This document shows, in pieces, positions 1-9,797 of a DNA stretch of 64,000 bases (the stretch's first letter is position 1; the number at the start of each line of letters is the position of its first letter). This DNA comes from Bacilli bacterium (GTDB taxonomy: Bacteria; Bacillota_I; Bacilli_A; RFN20; CAG-826), in the NCBI GenBank assembly GCA_045628045.1, contig JAZQOV010000006.1:1-64000 (forward strand), read 5' to 3'. The notes under the pieces are model-generated. The model was not told the DNA's origin and did no database searches. It was given only the letters and a program-made list of their open reading frames with translations. The position numbers and the translations under genes are program-made.

Positions 1-141
1 AGATAAATACATTAATTATTACAATAACGAAAGAATCAAAAGAAAAACAAAATGGATGCCCCCTTCTAAATTCAGGGAAGCATCCATGTTGAGCTTATGA
101 TATAATCCAATTAACTTGTCCAGCTTATTGGGTACACATCA
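1..141 (+). mobile_element. Right end of an IS3-family (IS150-like) insertion sequence
   Basis: Frame 2..100 reads DKYINYYNNERIKRKTKWMPPSKFREASMLSL*, matching the typical IS3/IS150 OrfB C-terminus (YYNxxRIK...P..Y/FR). It is followed by an IS3-type right IR TGTCCAGCTTATTGGGTACACATCA ending in CA at 141. Confidence 0.8.
2..100 (+). CDS. IS3-family transposase OrfB, C-terminal part (cut by the window edge)
   Basis: Manual translation; not in the ORF track because it is partial. Confidence 0.75.
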   Translation, partial: DKYINYYNNERIKRKTKWMPPSKFREASMLSL

Positions 142-167
142 TGTGTGCCCTTATTTATTAATTATTT

Positions 168-1064
168 CTAGTTTTTTCTTTTCTCTTTAATGGACATAAC
201 TATGTTATTTCCTAAGTTTAGTCCTGAAACAAGCAACGAGAATCCATACAAAGCAATAAAGCCAACCGGATAAACAGTTAATCTTTCAAGCTGCATAACT
301 GGGCTTAATGGATTAGTGATAAGTGGATAATTATTCTTTGAAATAACAAGCATATAAATCATTGAAAAGACTGTATAGCCAAACGCAATAGAGGAAAGTA
401 CTATACTAACTTTTCTATTATGTAACCAATGCTCATGAATCATATAAGTTGCAAATGCAAGAGCCGGAACAAGAAGTTGAATGTAAAGTGGAAGAACATA
501 AATTCCATCATAGGAACTGAAATAAATTGGGAGAAGTAAAAATGCTCCGAGTCTTTCAAGTGCAAAGACAAAAATAACAACAATGAATGTTTCTCTTATC
601 CAATAAAACTTTGGGATTTCCCATTCTTTTTGAGGTGAATATTTTTTAATTTCAAGGCAAGAAATCACAGCTTTGTATGTTCCCAAAACAAATAAAAGAG
701 CGTGAATAATAAGCATTAAAAGTGGATAGGAGTTAAAGACATAATCACCTACAAAATTATGATAAATTAAGGTGCCACAAATGATGGAAAACACTATTCC
801 AATTAATGCAAAAGATGCGATGATTATTGAATATTTTCTAAAAATATAAACATCTTTTCTTTTTAAAATGAAGTAATTGAAGAACCCAAAACAGAACGCA
901 ACAAGTTCACATAAAAACATAACCATTGGAACACACGACATTGTCACCAAAGTCACTGCAGCGTAATTAGAAACAAGTGAAAAAATTAAGTTAAATGTGT
1001 AAAAAGAAATGATTGAAATCATTACAAGAAGAAGTGAGACTAAAATAATTCTAAAAGTTTTCAT
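168..1064 (-). CDS. Hypothetical polytopic membrane protein
   Basis: 298-aa ORF with about 8 hydrophobic segments; abuts the upstream phosphoesterase gene. Confidence 0.75.
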   Translation of the reverse strand: MKTFRIILVSLLLVMISIISFYTFNLIFSLVSNYAAVTLVTMSCVPMVMFLCELVAFCFGFFNYFILKRKDVYIFRKYSIIIASFALIGIVFSIICGTLIYHNFVGDYVFNSYPLLMLIIHALLFVLGTYKAVISCLEIKKYSPQKEWEIPKFYWIRETFIVVIFVFALERLGAFLLLPIYFSSYDGIYVLPLYIQLLVPALAFATYMIHEHWLHNRKVSIVLSSIAFGYTVFSMIYMLVISKNNYPLITNPLSPVMQLERLTVYPVGFIALYGFSLLVSGLNLGNNIVMSIKEKRKN

Positions 1065-2098
1065 TATTTTTCTGCCTCCTTTTGATCAACTACATTAACC
1101 TCATCAGAATCATAAGAAGTATAGTAATTCCTTAAGGAAATAGATTTATCTTCTTTATGTATTGTTAAAACTTGACCACCAATTTTGGCCCAGTTTTCAT
1201 CATTATAAATTCTGTTTGTTGCGTGCACTCCAAAGCAAAGATAAATTCCTTCATAATTTACAACAGAATCATTTGCGTGGTCATGAGCGCAATGGATTGA
1301 TTTTGTGGACCCAAGTTCTTTAATGACGTCAAAGAAACCATTGTCTTTACTTGCAGCACCGCCGAATTCTTCCATGTCTCCAAGTAAAAGCATTTCAGGA
1401 TGTTCTTTTGTTTCTTCATAAGCTTTATTAAATTCTGGAAGTTGAATGTGCATATAAAGTGAGGATGGAATGACTTTTCCTGCTCCATAATTTAAGGTTG
1501 AGTAGTTAACCATTCTTTTGTACCAATCAATTTGATCATTTTTGATAACATCATACTCAAAAGTATCAAAATTGTAGTTATGAGACTCCATCAAAAATAT
1601 TTGATATTCTACATTAGTAGAATTCTTTAGATTTATGACGAGGTTACTTCTTCCTGTAACGTCGTCGTCTTCAATATTTTTAAAGACACATTTATCATAA
1701 GTATCGCCATCTAATAAACGTTGTAAATATGTGTCTCTAAAATAACCTTGGTCATCGTGATTTCCATACGTAAAAGTCCAAGGAATTTGTTTGTCATTAA
1801 TAAATGAGAAAAGCTTATCCACCACATGTTTATCAGCGTATGTAAATGCGTCACCATTTAACACAATTAAATCTGGATCAGCAGCTTTAATCGTACGACT
1901 CATAACTTCAAAATGTTGTTCAAAATAGTCACTTTGTGAAAAATGAATATCACCAAGTTGTAAAACTTTGAAATCGTCTGTAGTATCCCATGCTAAATCG
2001 AGCATGTATTCTTTTTCATCATAATGTTTTGTGCCTTTGCAACTAGTTAAAACTAGTCCAAGAAGGGACAAAATAAATAAAGGATTAAATTTTTTCAT
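1064..2098 (-). CDS. Calcineurin-like metallophosphoesterase lipoprotein
   Basis: Lipobox LTSC; motifs DIH, GD, GNHD, H and HDH. Confidence 0.85.
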   Translation of the reverse strand: MKKFNPLFILSLLGLVLTSCKGTKHYDEKEYMLDLAWDTTDDFKVLQLGDIHFSQSDYFEQHFEVMSRTIKAADPDLIVLNGDAFTYADKHVVDKLFSFINDKQIPWTFTYGNHDDQGYFRDTYLQRLLDGDTYDKCVFKNIEDDDVTGRSNLVINLKNSTNVEYQIFLMESHNYNFDTFEYDVIKNDQIDWYKRMVNYSTLNYGAGKVIPSSLYMHIQLPEFNKAYEETKEHPEMLLLGDMEEFGGAASKDNGFFDVIKELGSTKSIHCAHDHANDSVVNYEGIYLCFGVHATNRIYNDENWAKIGGQVLTIHKEDKSISLRNYYTSYDSDEVNVVDQKEAEK

Positions 2099-2153
2099 AT
2101 AATTATTGTAAAAAATTATCTACTTTTAGTCAAAAAGTATTAAACTTATTAAC

Positions 2154-2786
2154 ATGGTTAGAGAAGATATTGAAAAATTTAAATCCACAATTCCTAGTAA
2201 TGTTACTATCGTTGCAGCAACTAAATATGTTGATATAGACGATATGGAAACATTACTAAATGCGGGAATCACTAATTTTGGTGAAAACCGCACAGATTCA
2301 TTTTTAAGAAAGTATGATCTTCTTCAAAATAAAGGAATCTCTTGGCATTTTATCGGTCACTTACAACGTAATAAAGCCATGGAAGTAATCAATAAAATTG
2401 ATTATCTCCACTCACTTGATTCACTTAAACTCGCAAAATTAATTGATGAAAACGTCAAGAAACCTCTTAAGTGTTTCGTAGAAGTATCAATTAATTTAGA
2501 GGAAAATAAAAACGGAGTTCCGTATTACGAAGTTGAAAACTTCGTTAGTGAACTCCTGAAATTTCATAATATTGAACTAGTAGGATTTATGATGATGGCG
2601 ATTAAAGCCAGCAATGACAATTCACTTGATCTCCAATTTAAAAAATTACGTGAATTACGTGATGAAATTCAAAAAGAACTAAATATCAAAATTCCTTATT
2701 TATCAATGGGAATGAGTGATGATTATTTAGAAGCTATAAAAGAAGGCGCGACACACGTTAGACTTGGAAGGATTTTATTTAAATGA
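2154..2786 (+). CDS. yggS: PLP homeostasis protein YggS/PLPBP
   Basis: Motifs AATKY, FGENR, WHFIGHLQRNK and LSMGMSDDY..AI.EGATHVRLGR. Confidence 0.95.
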   Translation: MVREDIEKFKSTIPSNVTIVAATKYVDIDDMETLLNAGITNFGENRTDSFLRKYDLLQNKGISWHFIGHLQRNKAMEVINKIDYLHSLDSLKLAKLIDENVKKPLKCFVEVSINLEENKNGVPYYEVENFVSELLKFHNIELVGFMMMAIKASNDNSLDLQFKKLRELRDEIQKELNIKIPYLSMGMSDDYLEAIKEGATHVRLGRILFK

Positions 2787-4294
2787 AAAACAAATTTTTA
2801 TCAATAATTTCTTTATGTTTAATTGCCACCACACTCTATGGTTGCAAGAAGGAAGATGAAAAACAAATAATTGTTCCTGAAACTCAAGACGAAATTGAAC
2901 CAGAAGAAGAAAAGCCGAGCGAAGAAACAGAAGGTGGAAATGAAGAACAAGAGCAAACAGAAGAGCAGGAAGAACATGTTCACAATTTCGAAAATATTCC
3001 AACTGAAGAATTGTTAGTTGCTAATGCAACTATTGATAATGCGGCAATATATTATAAATCCTGTGAATGTGGCGAAATTAGTAATGAAACATTTGAATAT
3101 GGCGTTCCACTTCAATATGAAATTTGTGGGGAACCTATCGAATCGGATTATTCAGCTTTATTTCAGGAATATGATTATAATGAGCTTTTTAAAATTGCTG
3201 AAAATATTATTTGCCCTTTAATATTAAATAAATATTTCGAAGATTATAAATATGTTACTTTTAGACGATATTCTTTTAATTATGAAACTACATATTTGGA
3301 CAATTCTAGAATCGTATTATCAGGTGCTTTTACAATTCCTTTATATAAAGGTGAACCATATATCAAATTTGTAGACGTTGATTCACATGCGACACTTACT
3401 TATGCAAGACAAGCGCCATCATTAGATTTCGATCTTTTCGCTTTTTTAGCTTTATCAGGTGGTTTAGTAATCGAATGTGATTTACTAGGATTTGGTAGGA
3501 CAAATTCTTATCCCGTTGATTATCATTGTGGACATTTAGCAAGCAAAAATACAGCTGACGGGGCAATTGCCGCTATTAATTTAATCGAAAATGAATTAGG
3601 CATTTCTTTAAAGAATTATAAATTCTTTAATACTGGTTATTCGCAAGGCGGATACGACTCTATGGCCTTGATGCGTTACCTTGAAACAGAAGCAACTGAC
3701 CAACAAAGAAGCATGCTTCAATTTGAACATAACTATTGTGGATCAGGAGCATATGATTTATCCATAATGTTTGAAGACGCAATTAAAAATGATAGGTTTG
3801 ATAAACCCGAATATATTTTGATGGGATTAATTAGTGCACATGATTTTCATCCTGAAATATTTGGCTCTCATACAATAGAGGATTTCTTAACAGATTATGG
3901 CAAACTTTTCATTCAACCTATTTTGGATAAAGATTACGATAAAATAGAATTTTTAAAAGAATTAACTGATTCAAAAGGGGAAAAAATATATATGGGTCCA
4001 AAAGATTTCTTTACATTTAACTACGAAGACCCTGATCCTGAATTACTAGAAATTCTCAACAAGTTTAGTGAACTTGAATCACTTGTGAATGGAGATTGGA
4101 TGCCTGAAGGTAAGTTAACGTTGTTTTATCTACCAAAGGAAAATCTTGTTTCACCACGTTCTTCTTTAAAGGCCTTAGAAGTTTTCAAAGATTTAGAAAA
4201 TGTCGATAGTATGACGTCTTTTCTAAACGATCATGCTATTGGAGCAGTGATTTACTATTTAAGAATAGCTGTTTTAATTAATAAACAAATCTAG
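2783..4294 (+). CDS. Lipoprotein alpha/beta-hydrolase (secretory lipase-like)
   Basis: Lipobox LYGC, acidic linker, nucleophile elbow GYSQGG and a C-terminal His. Confidence 0.7.
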   Translation: MKNKFLSIISLCLIATTLYGCKKEDEKQIIVPETQDEIEPEEEKPSEETEGGNEEQEQTEEQEEHVHNFENIPTEELLVANATIDNAAIYYKSCECGEISNETFEYGVPLQYEICGEPIESDYSALFQEYDYNELFKIAENIICPLILNKYFEDYKYVTFRRYSFNYETTYLDNSRIVLSGAFTIPLYKGEPYIKFVDVDSHATLTYARQAPSLDFDLFAFLALSGGLVIECDLLGFGRTNSYPVDYHCGHLASKNTADGAIAAINLIENELGISLKNYKFFNTGYSQGGYDSMALMRYLETEATDQQRSMLQFEHNYCGSGAYDLSIMFEDAIKNDRFDKPEYILMGLISAHDFHPEIFGSHTIEDFLTDYGKLFIQPILDKDYDKIEFLKELTDSKGEKIYMGPKDFFTFNYEDPDPELLEILNKFSELESLVNGDWMPEGKLTLFYLPKENLVSPRSSLKALEVFKDLENVDSMTSFLNDHAIGAVIYYLRIAVLINKQI

Positions 4295-4325
4295 AAAAAT
4301 ACTAAAAACATTAATCAAAGAAAAT

Positions 4326-4361
4326 AAAAAAACAGAAATATTAACAAATTCCTGTTTTTTT
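4326..4361. terminator. Bidirectional intrinsic terminator
   Basis: AAAAAAACAGAAAT...ATTCCTGTTTTTTT hairpin between convergent units. Confidence 0.7.
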
Positions 4362-4432
4362 ATAAGCTTTTAAGGTATTAAATTTAATATTTACTTTAAT
4401 ACAGCTTTTTATATCTACGAGACAAAGTCTCG

Positions 4433-4465
4433 CTACATAAGGTAAGGTGAAATTGAATTGTTCAT
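4433..4465 (-). CDS. Candidate 10-aa micro-ORF MNNSISPYLM
   Basis: AAAGGAG RBS 9 nt upstream, extended -10 TGGTATAAT at 4491-4499, and a hairpin right after the stop. Confidence 0.35.
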   Translation of the reverse strand: MNNSISPYLM

Positions 4466-4504
4466 ATTTCACATCTCCTTTGTAATTCTAATTATACCAA
4501 GTAA

Positions 4505-5467
4505 TTATCTATTAACAAGTTTTAATATGCGAAGTAAATCCTTGTGAATATCTCTTTCACGATTAAATGCTTCGTCAAATGGAATATGCTTTATTTCATC
4601 CCCGTACAATCCAAGTGCAACCGAGGATTCTCCATTTAAGATAGCCTGAACTGCTTCAACACCAAATCTTGTTGCAATAATTCTATCTTTTGCAGTTGGG
4701 CAACCACCTCTTTGAAGATGGCCGAGGACTTCCGCTCTACATTCGATGCCCGTTTTCTCAGTAACGTGAGCTGCAATTTCATAAATATTTTGAAAAACTT
4801 TTTCTGAAACAATTATAAGAGCGTGCTTCTTTTTGCCACCTTTAAGCGATTTGAGTTTGTCAACAACTTCTTCTTCTGTATATGGATGATCATTAGAAAT
4901 AACAATTTCAACACCTTCAGCAAGGCCCGAAAATAAAGCTAAATCTCCGCATTTATTCCCCATAACTTCAATAAAAGTGCATCGCGCATGTGATGCAGAT
5001 GTGTCCCTAATTTTATCTACGCAATCACAAATTGTGTTTTGACATGTATCAAATCCAATACAATAAGATGTTGATGAAACATCATTATCAATTGATGCAG
5101 GAATGCCAATTGTTTTAACTCCCTTTTGAGCCAAATCCTTTGCACCCCTATAAGTTCCATCTCCGCCGATAACAATAAGCGAGTCAATTCCGAATGATTC
5201 AAGTTGTTTAATAGCCATTTTTTGTATGGCGTCTTCTTTGAATTCAGGGAGTCTTGCTGATCTAAGAATTGTTCCACCTCTATTAATGGTGTCAGAAACA
5301 AAGTTTCTATCGACTTGCTCTATTCGTCCTTCAACTAGTCCCTTAAAACCTTCGTAAACAACAAACATTTCACATCCAAGTTTAATACCTGAACGAACAA
5401 CAGCACGAACACAAGCATTCATACCTGGCGCATCGCCACCAGAAGTTAATACAGCAATTTTTGGCAT
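4505..5467 (-). CDS. pfkA: ATP-dependent 6-phosphofructokinase
   Basis: Motifs LTSGGDAPGMN, GGDGT, SIDND, EVMG and LGHLQRGG; start refined to MPKIAV. Confidence 0.95.
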   Translation of the reverse strand: MPKIAVLTSGGDAPGMNACVRAVVRSGIKLGCEMFVVYEGFKGLVEGRIEQVDRNFVSDTINRGGTILRSARLPEFKEDAIQKMAIKQLESFGIDSLIVIGGDGTYRGAKDLAQKGVKTIGIPASIDNDVSSTSYCIGFDTCQNTICDCVDKIRDTSASHARCTFIEVMGNKCGDLALFSGLAEGVEIVISNDHPYTEEEVVDKLKSLKGGKKKHALIIVSEKVFQNIYEIAAHVTEKTGIECRAEVLGHLQRGGCPTAKDRIIATRFGVEAVQAILNGESSVALGLYGDEIKHIPFDEAFNRERDIHKDLLRILKLVNR

Positions 5468-5607
5468 ATTTTTTCCCAAATTTTCTATATAATAACATAG
5501 ACAATTCAATTTAATAAATTGTAAGTGTTACCAAGAAGAAAAAATGAGGACAACGTCCTCATTTAAATCTTTGAGATATCTAAATTTTGAAACCATTATA
5601 AGCTTTT

Positions 5608-6126
5608 TTAAAATTTATATTTTTCTTTTTGTTTTTTAATAATGCCGGTTTTAATTATTGCTTTTGCGATAAAACCTACAATAACTCCAGTAATGATGGA
5701 GGCTAAACCAATGAGTGGAAGATAATAAATAACGTAAAAAGAATTCATATAAATTATTGCGATTAAAATTTGGCCACTTACGTGAAATAATGACCCAATC
5801 ACCGAAACACCAATAATCGAGAACTTTTTCAATAATTTATAGCATAAAATCATAACTAATAAGGAAAATACCGCACCACTTAAAGACATAAAAAATCCCA
5901 TAGTAAGAAATGTTCCCCTTAGCAAAGAAACAACCAAAACTCTTACCAAATTGATAAAAGCAGCTTCTTTCACTCCAATTTCATAAAGAGTTACTAAAAT
6001 CAAAATATTCGCAAAACCAAGTTTTATTCCCGGGATAACAAGGGAAGGAATAAAAGACTCTAAAATTGCGATAACAATTGTCCCCGTAAGCAATAAACCA
6101 AGTAAAGTCAATTTATGAACTTTCAT
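5608..6126 (-). CDS. Gx transporter / heptaprenyl diphosphate synthase component I family
   Basis: PGIKLGFAN motif and multiple TMs; usual neighbour of NusG-II and apbE genes. Confidence 0.85.
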   Translation of the reverse strand: MKVHKLTLLGLLLTGTIVIAILESFIPSLVIPGIKLGFANILILVTLYEIGVKEAAFINLVRVLVVSLLRGTFLTMGFFMSLSGAVFSLLVMILCYKLLKKFSIIGVSVIGSLFHVSGQILIAIIYMNSFYVIYYLPLIGLASIITGVIVGFIAKAIIKTGIIKKQKEKYKF

Positions 6127-6128
6127 GA

Positions 6129-6500
6129 TTAAATCCTCACATCATAGTCTGAACTACCATCTATGACTATGTAAACTTGGTTATATGCACAAATAATTGG
6201 TTTGTTAGTTTCACTAACATAACCTGTATGAACACAATCTTTATGCGGGCAATCAGCATCAATAATTGCTATTGCATGATCCTTAATAGAAACAACTAAT
6301 TTTCCTTTTGTGCCTTCAATTTCAAATTCATAATCTTCGCTTTTACTTAATTCAACTGTTTCTACTAATTCATTTCTAACATAAATTTTTGCAACCAAAT
6401 TTTCCTTTTTTCTGCTAAGGAAAATGCCTAAAAATGCGCCAAGTAAACCAACTATTAAACAAATAATTAAAATGAGGTCATTTCGATGTTCTTTTTTCAT
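6129..6500 (-). CDS. NusG domain II-containing membrane protein
   Basis: N-terminal TM and CPHKDCV...IIC motif. Confidence 0.85.
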   Translation of the reverse strand: MKKEHRNDLILIICLIVGLLGAFLGIFLSRKKENLVAKIYVRNELVETVELSKSEDYEFEIEGTKGKLVVSIKDHAIAIIDADCPHKDCVHTGYVSETNKPIICAYNQVYIVIDGSSDYDVRI

Positions 6501-7456
6501 TTATTTAAGACCTCGATATTGTCATTTTTATAAATAATTGAATTGTCTTTAATGACGATTGTTTTTACATCAAAAGTCTTCTCAAATCTTTTAATTGAGT
6601 CTAATGACTCATTCATAAAAGCTGTAGATAAAATATCACCTAAATAACCTTTGTTTGAAATAACAATTACAACATCATTTTCGTTAATTGCACTTCCTGT
6701 CACTGGATTAATAATGTGAGAATAATTAACGCCATCAATTTCAACTTTTTGTCTTGAAAATGAAGAAGTTGAGACAAAACAATTTTTAAGATTTAGATAA
6801 CTATCTTCTAAATCAGAAATTTTTATTTTAAAATCTTTTCCACCACTTTTTTCACCTAACAAAATTGATGAAGAACCAGCGTCGATTAAATAATTTTTTA
6901 AATTTTCACCATCCAAATACTCTTTTGCTTTATCTAAAACATATCCTTTTGCTACAGCGCCTAAATCTATTTCAGCACTACCGGTTTTTTTAACTTTGTT
7001 TTCGCCTAAAAATTCAATTGAACTGGAAGAAATTTTGTCTAATTCTTCAGATATCATTTGAGGGCTTAAAACTTTATTATTTTCAAGAGAAGATTTCCAT
7101 TCTTTTGATAAAGATCCACATAGTGGATTAAAGTATTTTAGTTCTTTTAAATCTTGTGAAAAAGAAAGCTCTAAAAGTTCATAAAGATCACCATCAATTT
7201 CAACTTCATCACTCGAATTGTTAATCGTGTAAATATTGTTTATATTTCTTGAATGAAAATTGTCGGTTAATTTATCAATACTTGAATAAATTTTATCTAA
7301 ATTATCTAAATCAGATTCATTTCCTTCAAATAATCTTGAATCAATGTAAGTGTCAAAATAAAAAGAATTGCGTGATAAAGTTCTGTTTTGGTTACACGAA
7401 GTTAATGTGATACCAAAAATTGTCAGAAAAAATAGCGATTTTATTCTTTTTCTCAT
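6497..7456 (-). CDS. apbE: FAD:protein FMN transferase (lipoprotein)
   Basis: Lipobox LTSC; motifs DLGAVAKGY, STS, HIINPVTG and DILSTA. Confidence 0.9.
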   Translation of the reverse strand: MRKRIKSLFFLTIFGITLTSCNQNRTLSRNSFYFDTYIDSRLFEGNESDLDNLDKIYSSIDKLTDNFHSRNINNIYTINNSSDEVEIDGDLYELLELSFSQDLKELKYFNPLCGSLSKEWKSSLENNKVLSPQMISEELDKISSSSIEFLGENKVKKTGSAEIDLGAVAKGYVLDKAKEYLDGENLKNYLIDAGSSSILLGEKSGGKDFKIKISDLEDSYLNLKNCFVSTSSFSRQKVEIDGVNYSHIINPVTGSAINENDVVIVISNKGYLGDILSTAFMNESLDSIKRFEKTFDVKTIVIKDNSIIYKNDNIEVLNK

Positions 7457-7770
7457 AAATGAATATTCACTTTTGATCCATCTGGATTTGGATGTTTATC
7501 TAAATATTCAATAATTGGTTTAAAATTAGTTTCTTCTTTGCCAGGTTTGCATTTTCTAATATTAGTTTCTTTACCTTGAACAATTGCTTCTGCTAAGGCT
7601 TTACATCCAGCATATCCACAACTGCCGCAGTTATAATTTGGAAGTTTTTTAGCAACTTCATCGATACGTTCATCTTCTTTAACATATAAAACTTTTGCAG
7701 CTATTGCTAAAGCAAGACCTAAAATTAATCCAATACCAAGAAGAATAAGAACTGCCCACAAAATGTTCAT
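7453..7770 (-). CDS. rnfB: Short RnfB-like subunit (TM + single FeS domain; no ferredoxin domains)
   Basis: LPNYNCGSCGYAGC...C motif of the RnfB N-terminus; only 105 aa. Confidence 0.8.
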   Translation of the reverse strand: MNILWAVLILLGIGLILGLALAIAAKVLYVKEDERIDEVAKKLPNYNCGSCGYAGCKALAEAIVQGKETNIRKCKPGKEETNFKPIIEYLDKHPNPDGSKVNIHL

Positions 7771-7772
7771 AT

Positions 7773-7967
7773 TTATTTACCATCCTTTTTATGGAAAAAT
7801 TCGCAATTTGTATTTTTACAAGCAGCGCAATTTTCTTCATTTATCGAAATATTTTCGCATCCTTCAGGAACAGGTGTTTTCTTATATAGAACAAAAGATA
7901 CAACGAAAACTATTAGTAATACTAATAGAATGATGATTGCAAGCGCTAAACATAGTTCTTTGCTCAT
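7773..7967 (-). CDS. Small membrane-anchored Cys-rich protein
   Basis: TM followed by C-x9-CxxC-x4-C; overlaps the rnfA stop. Confidence 0.65.
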   Translation of the reverse strand: MSKELCLALAIIILLVLLIVFVVSFVLYKKTPVPEGCENISINEENCAACKNTNCEFFHKKDGK

Positions 7968-8563
7968 AATTTAATACCTGTAAATAAACCTTGTAATCCC
8001 ATAAAGGCTAAAGCCATTATAGAAGCTGTAATTAATGCAATTGGTAAACCCTTAAATGCTTTTGGAGTATTGGATGTTTCAAGTCTTACCCTTATAGCGG
8101 AGAAAACAACAATAATAAGCATAAAACCAACTGATGTTCCAATAGCATTTGCTAAAGAATTTAAGAAAGTTAATGCTTGATCTGTATTTGATTGAGCAAC
8201 ACCTAAAACTGCACAGTTAGTAGTGATAAGTGGTAAGTAAATTCCTAATGATTTATATAAAGATGGCGAATATTTCTTGATAAATAAGCCAACGAGTTGA
8301 ACAACTGATGCAATAACTAAAATATAAGCAACAGTATCTAGATAAGCAACTCCTGCTGGAACTAAAATATAGTTATATAAAGGCCAACAAATAAGTGTTG
8401 CGACAATAATAACAAAAACAACTGCAATTCCCATTCCAAGTGCGGATTTGACCTTTTTAGAAACGCCTAAGAATGGGCAAATTCCATAGAAACGAGATAA
8501 AACAACATTATCAATAAGCATGCTGGAAATGATGGCTAAAATAAATGTTACTAACATATTCAT
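7964..8563 (-). CDS. rnfA: Rnf complex subunit A
   Basis: Motifs GICPFLG and LPLITTNCAVLG. Confidence 0.93.
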   Translation of the reverse strand: MNMLVTFILAIISSMLIDNVVLSRFYGICPFLGVSKKVKSALGMGIAVVFVIIVATLICWPLYNYILVPAGVAYLDTVAYILVIASVVQLVGLFIKKYSPSLYKSLGIYLPLITTNCAVLGVAQSNTDQALTFLNSLANAIGTSVGFMLIIVVFSAIRVRLETSNTPKAFKGLPIALITASIMALAFMGLQGLFTGIKL

Positions 8564-9267
8564 TATTTTGTGCCTCCTTCTTCAGCTGCCTTTTTTGCTT
8601 TTTCTTGCTTTAAAATGTTAGCTTTTAGTTCAGCTTTTCTATTTTTCCTAAAGGAAAGAACAGCAAGAATAAAAGCAAAAACAATAAATGCTCCTGCTGG
8701 ATTTTGGAAAAGTGATATTTCATATCCCATTGGGATAATTTGCAATTTAAAGTATGGAATAAAGGTGAATATATTTCCAAATGAGAATGCACCAGTTCCT
8801 AAAATTTCTCTAAATAATGCCATTAATAAAAGGGCTAAAGTATAACCAACTCCCATTCCTAAAGCGTCAATAAGTGAATCAAATACATTATTTTTAGAAG
8901 CATAAGCTTCTGCTCTCCCTAAAACAATACAATTAACAACAATAAGTGAGATAAATACGCCTAAAGTTGAATAAAGTTCAGGAAGGAATGCATTTGCAAA
9001 CATTTTTACAATAGTAACAAATGTCGCAATGATAACAATGTACGCTGGAGTTCTAATTTCTTCAGGTATAATTTTTCTAAGTAAAGAAATAAGCATATTT
9101 GAACAAATTAAAACAATAGTGAAAAGTAATCCCATTCCAAGCGCTGCTTCAATTGATTTTGTTGTTGCTAAAGCAGGACAAGTGCCAAGAATAGACACAA
9201 AAAGAGGGTTCTCAATAAAGATACCTTTTAAGAAATTATACTTAACGTAGCCTTTCTCTCTTTTCAT
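8563..9267 (-). CDS. rnfE: Rnf complex subunit E
   Basis: Motifs LGTCPALATT and LIVVNCIVLGRAE. Confidence 0.93.
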   Translation of the reverse strand: MKREKGYVKYNFLKGIFIENPLFVSILGTCPALATTKSIEAALGMGLLFTIVLICSNMLISLLRKIIPEEIRTPAYIVIIATFVTIVKMFANAFLPELYSTLGVFISLIVVNCIVLGRAEAYASKNNVFDSLIDALGMGVGYTLALLLMALFREILGTGAFSFGNIFTFIPYFKLQIIPMGYEISLFQNPAGAFIVFAFILAVLSFRKNRKAELKANILKQEKAKKAAEEGGTK

Positions 9268-9269
9268 TT

Positions 9270-9797
9270 TTATTTTTCCACCCAAAATTCGGAAACAACG
9301 CTAGTTGCTTCATTAATCATATCTCTAATAAGCTTTGCGCCATAAGTTGCGCCACAATTGACATCTTCAACAGTTTTTTCATTTGAATTTAATGGAGTAA
9401 CATAATTATCAACTAAAGTTGAAGCGTAAGTTTGCTCATTTTTAATTAAATAAACTGACATAAATGCGTGGCTAATTTCATCAAAACCTGCAAGAAGTGA
9501 GATTTTTCCATACATATTTGAGCCTTCGCACTTAATTGCATAACCTAATTTTTCATTAGATTCACTAATAACTTCATATGAATAATTAGAATATTCATGA
9601 TTTTCTAAACTATTTTCAGCTTTTATTAAGGCTTGTTCACCAAAAATATCTTTAATTCCTGCTGTAATTTTATTTTGTTCATTTTTAACAATTTTATCTT
9701 GTGTAACTTTGCTAGTAAGTGCAATTAAACCAGCAGAAATACCTGCAATTAAGCCTAAAGTTATTCCAGTAGAGATGTATTTTTTAGCGTTAGACAT
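9270..9797 (-). CDS. rnfG: Rnf subunit G-like FMN-binding protein
   Basis: N-terminal TM, GxYG motif and C-terminal CGAT flavinylation motif; GGAGG RBS; position in the operon. Confidence 0.75.
   Translation of the reverse strand: MSNAKKYISTGITLGLIAGISAGLIALTSKVTQDKIVKNEQNKITAGIKDIFGEQALIKAENSLENHEYSNYSYEVISESNEKLGYAIKCEGSNMYGKISLLAGFDEISHAFMSVYLIKNEQTYASTLVDNYVTPLNSNEKTVEDVNCGATYGAKLIRDMINEATSVVSEFWVEK

Noticed and set aside
4342-4473. Alternative 43-aa GTG-start ORF overlapping the micro-ORF
   Set aside because: The GTG is only 2 nt from the RBS and the frame runs into the terminator.
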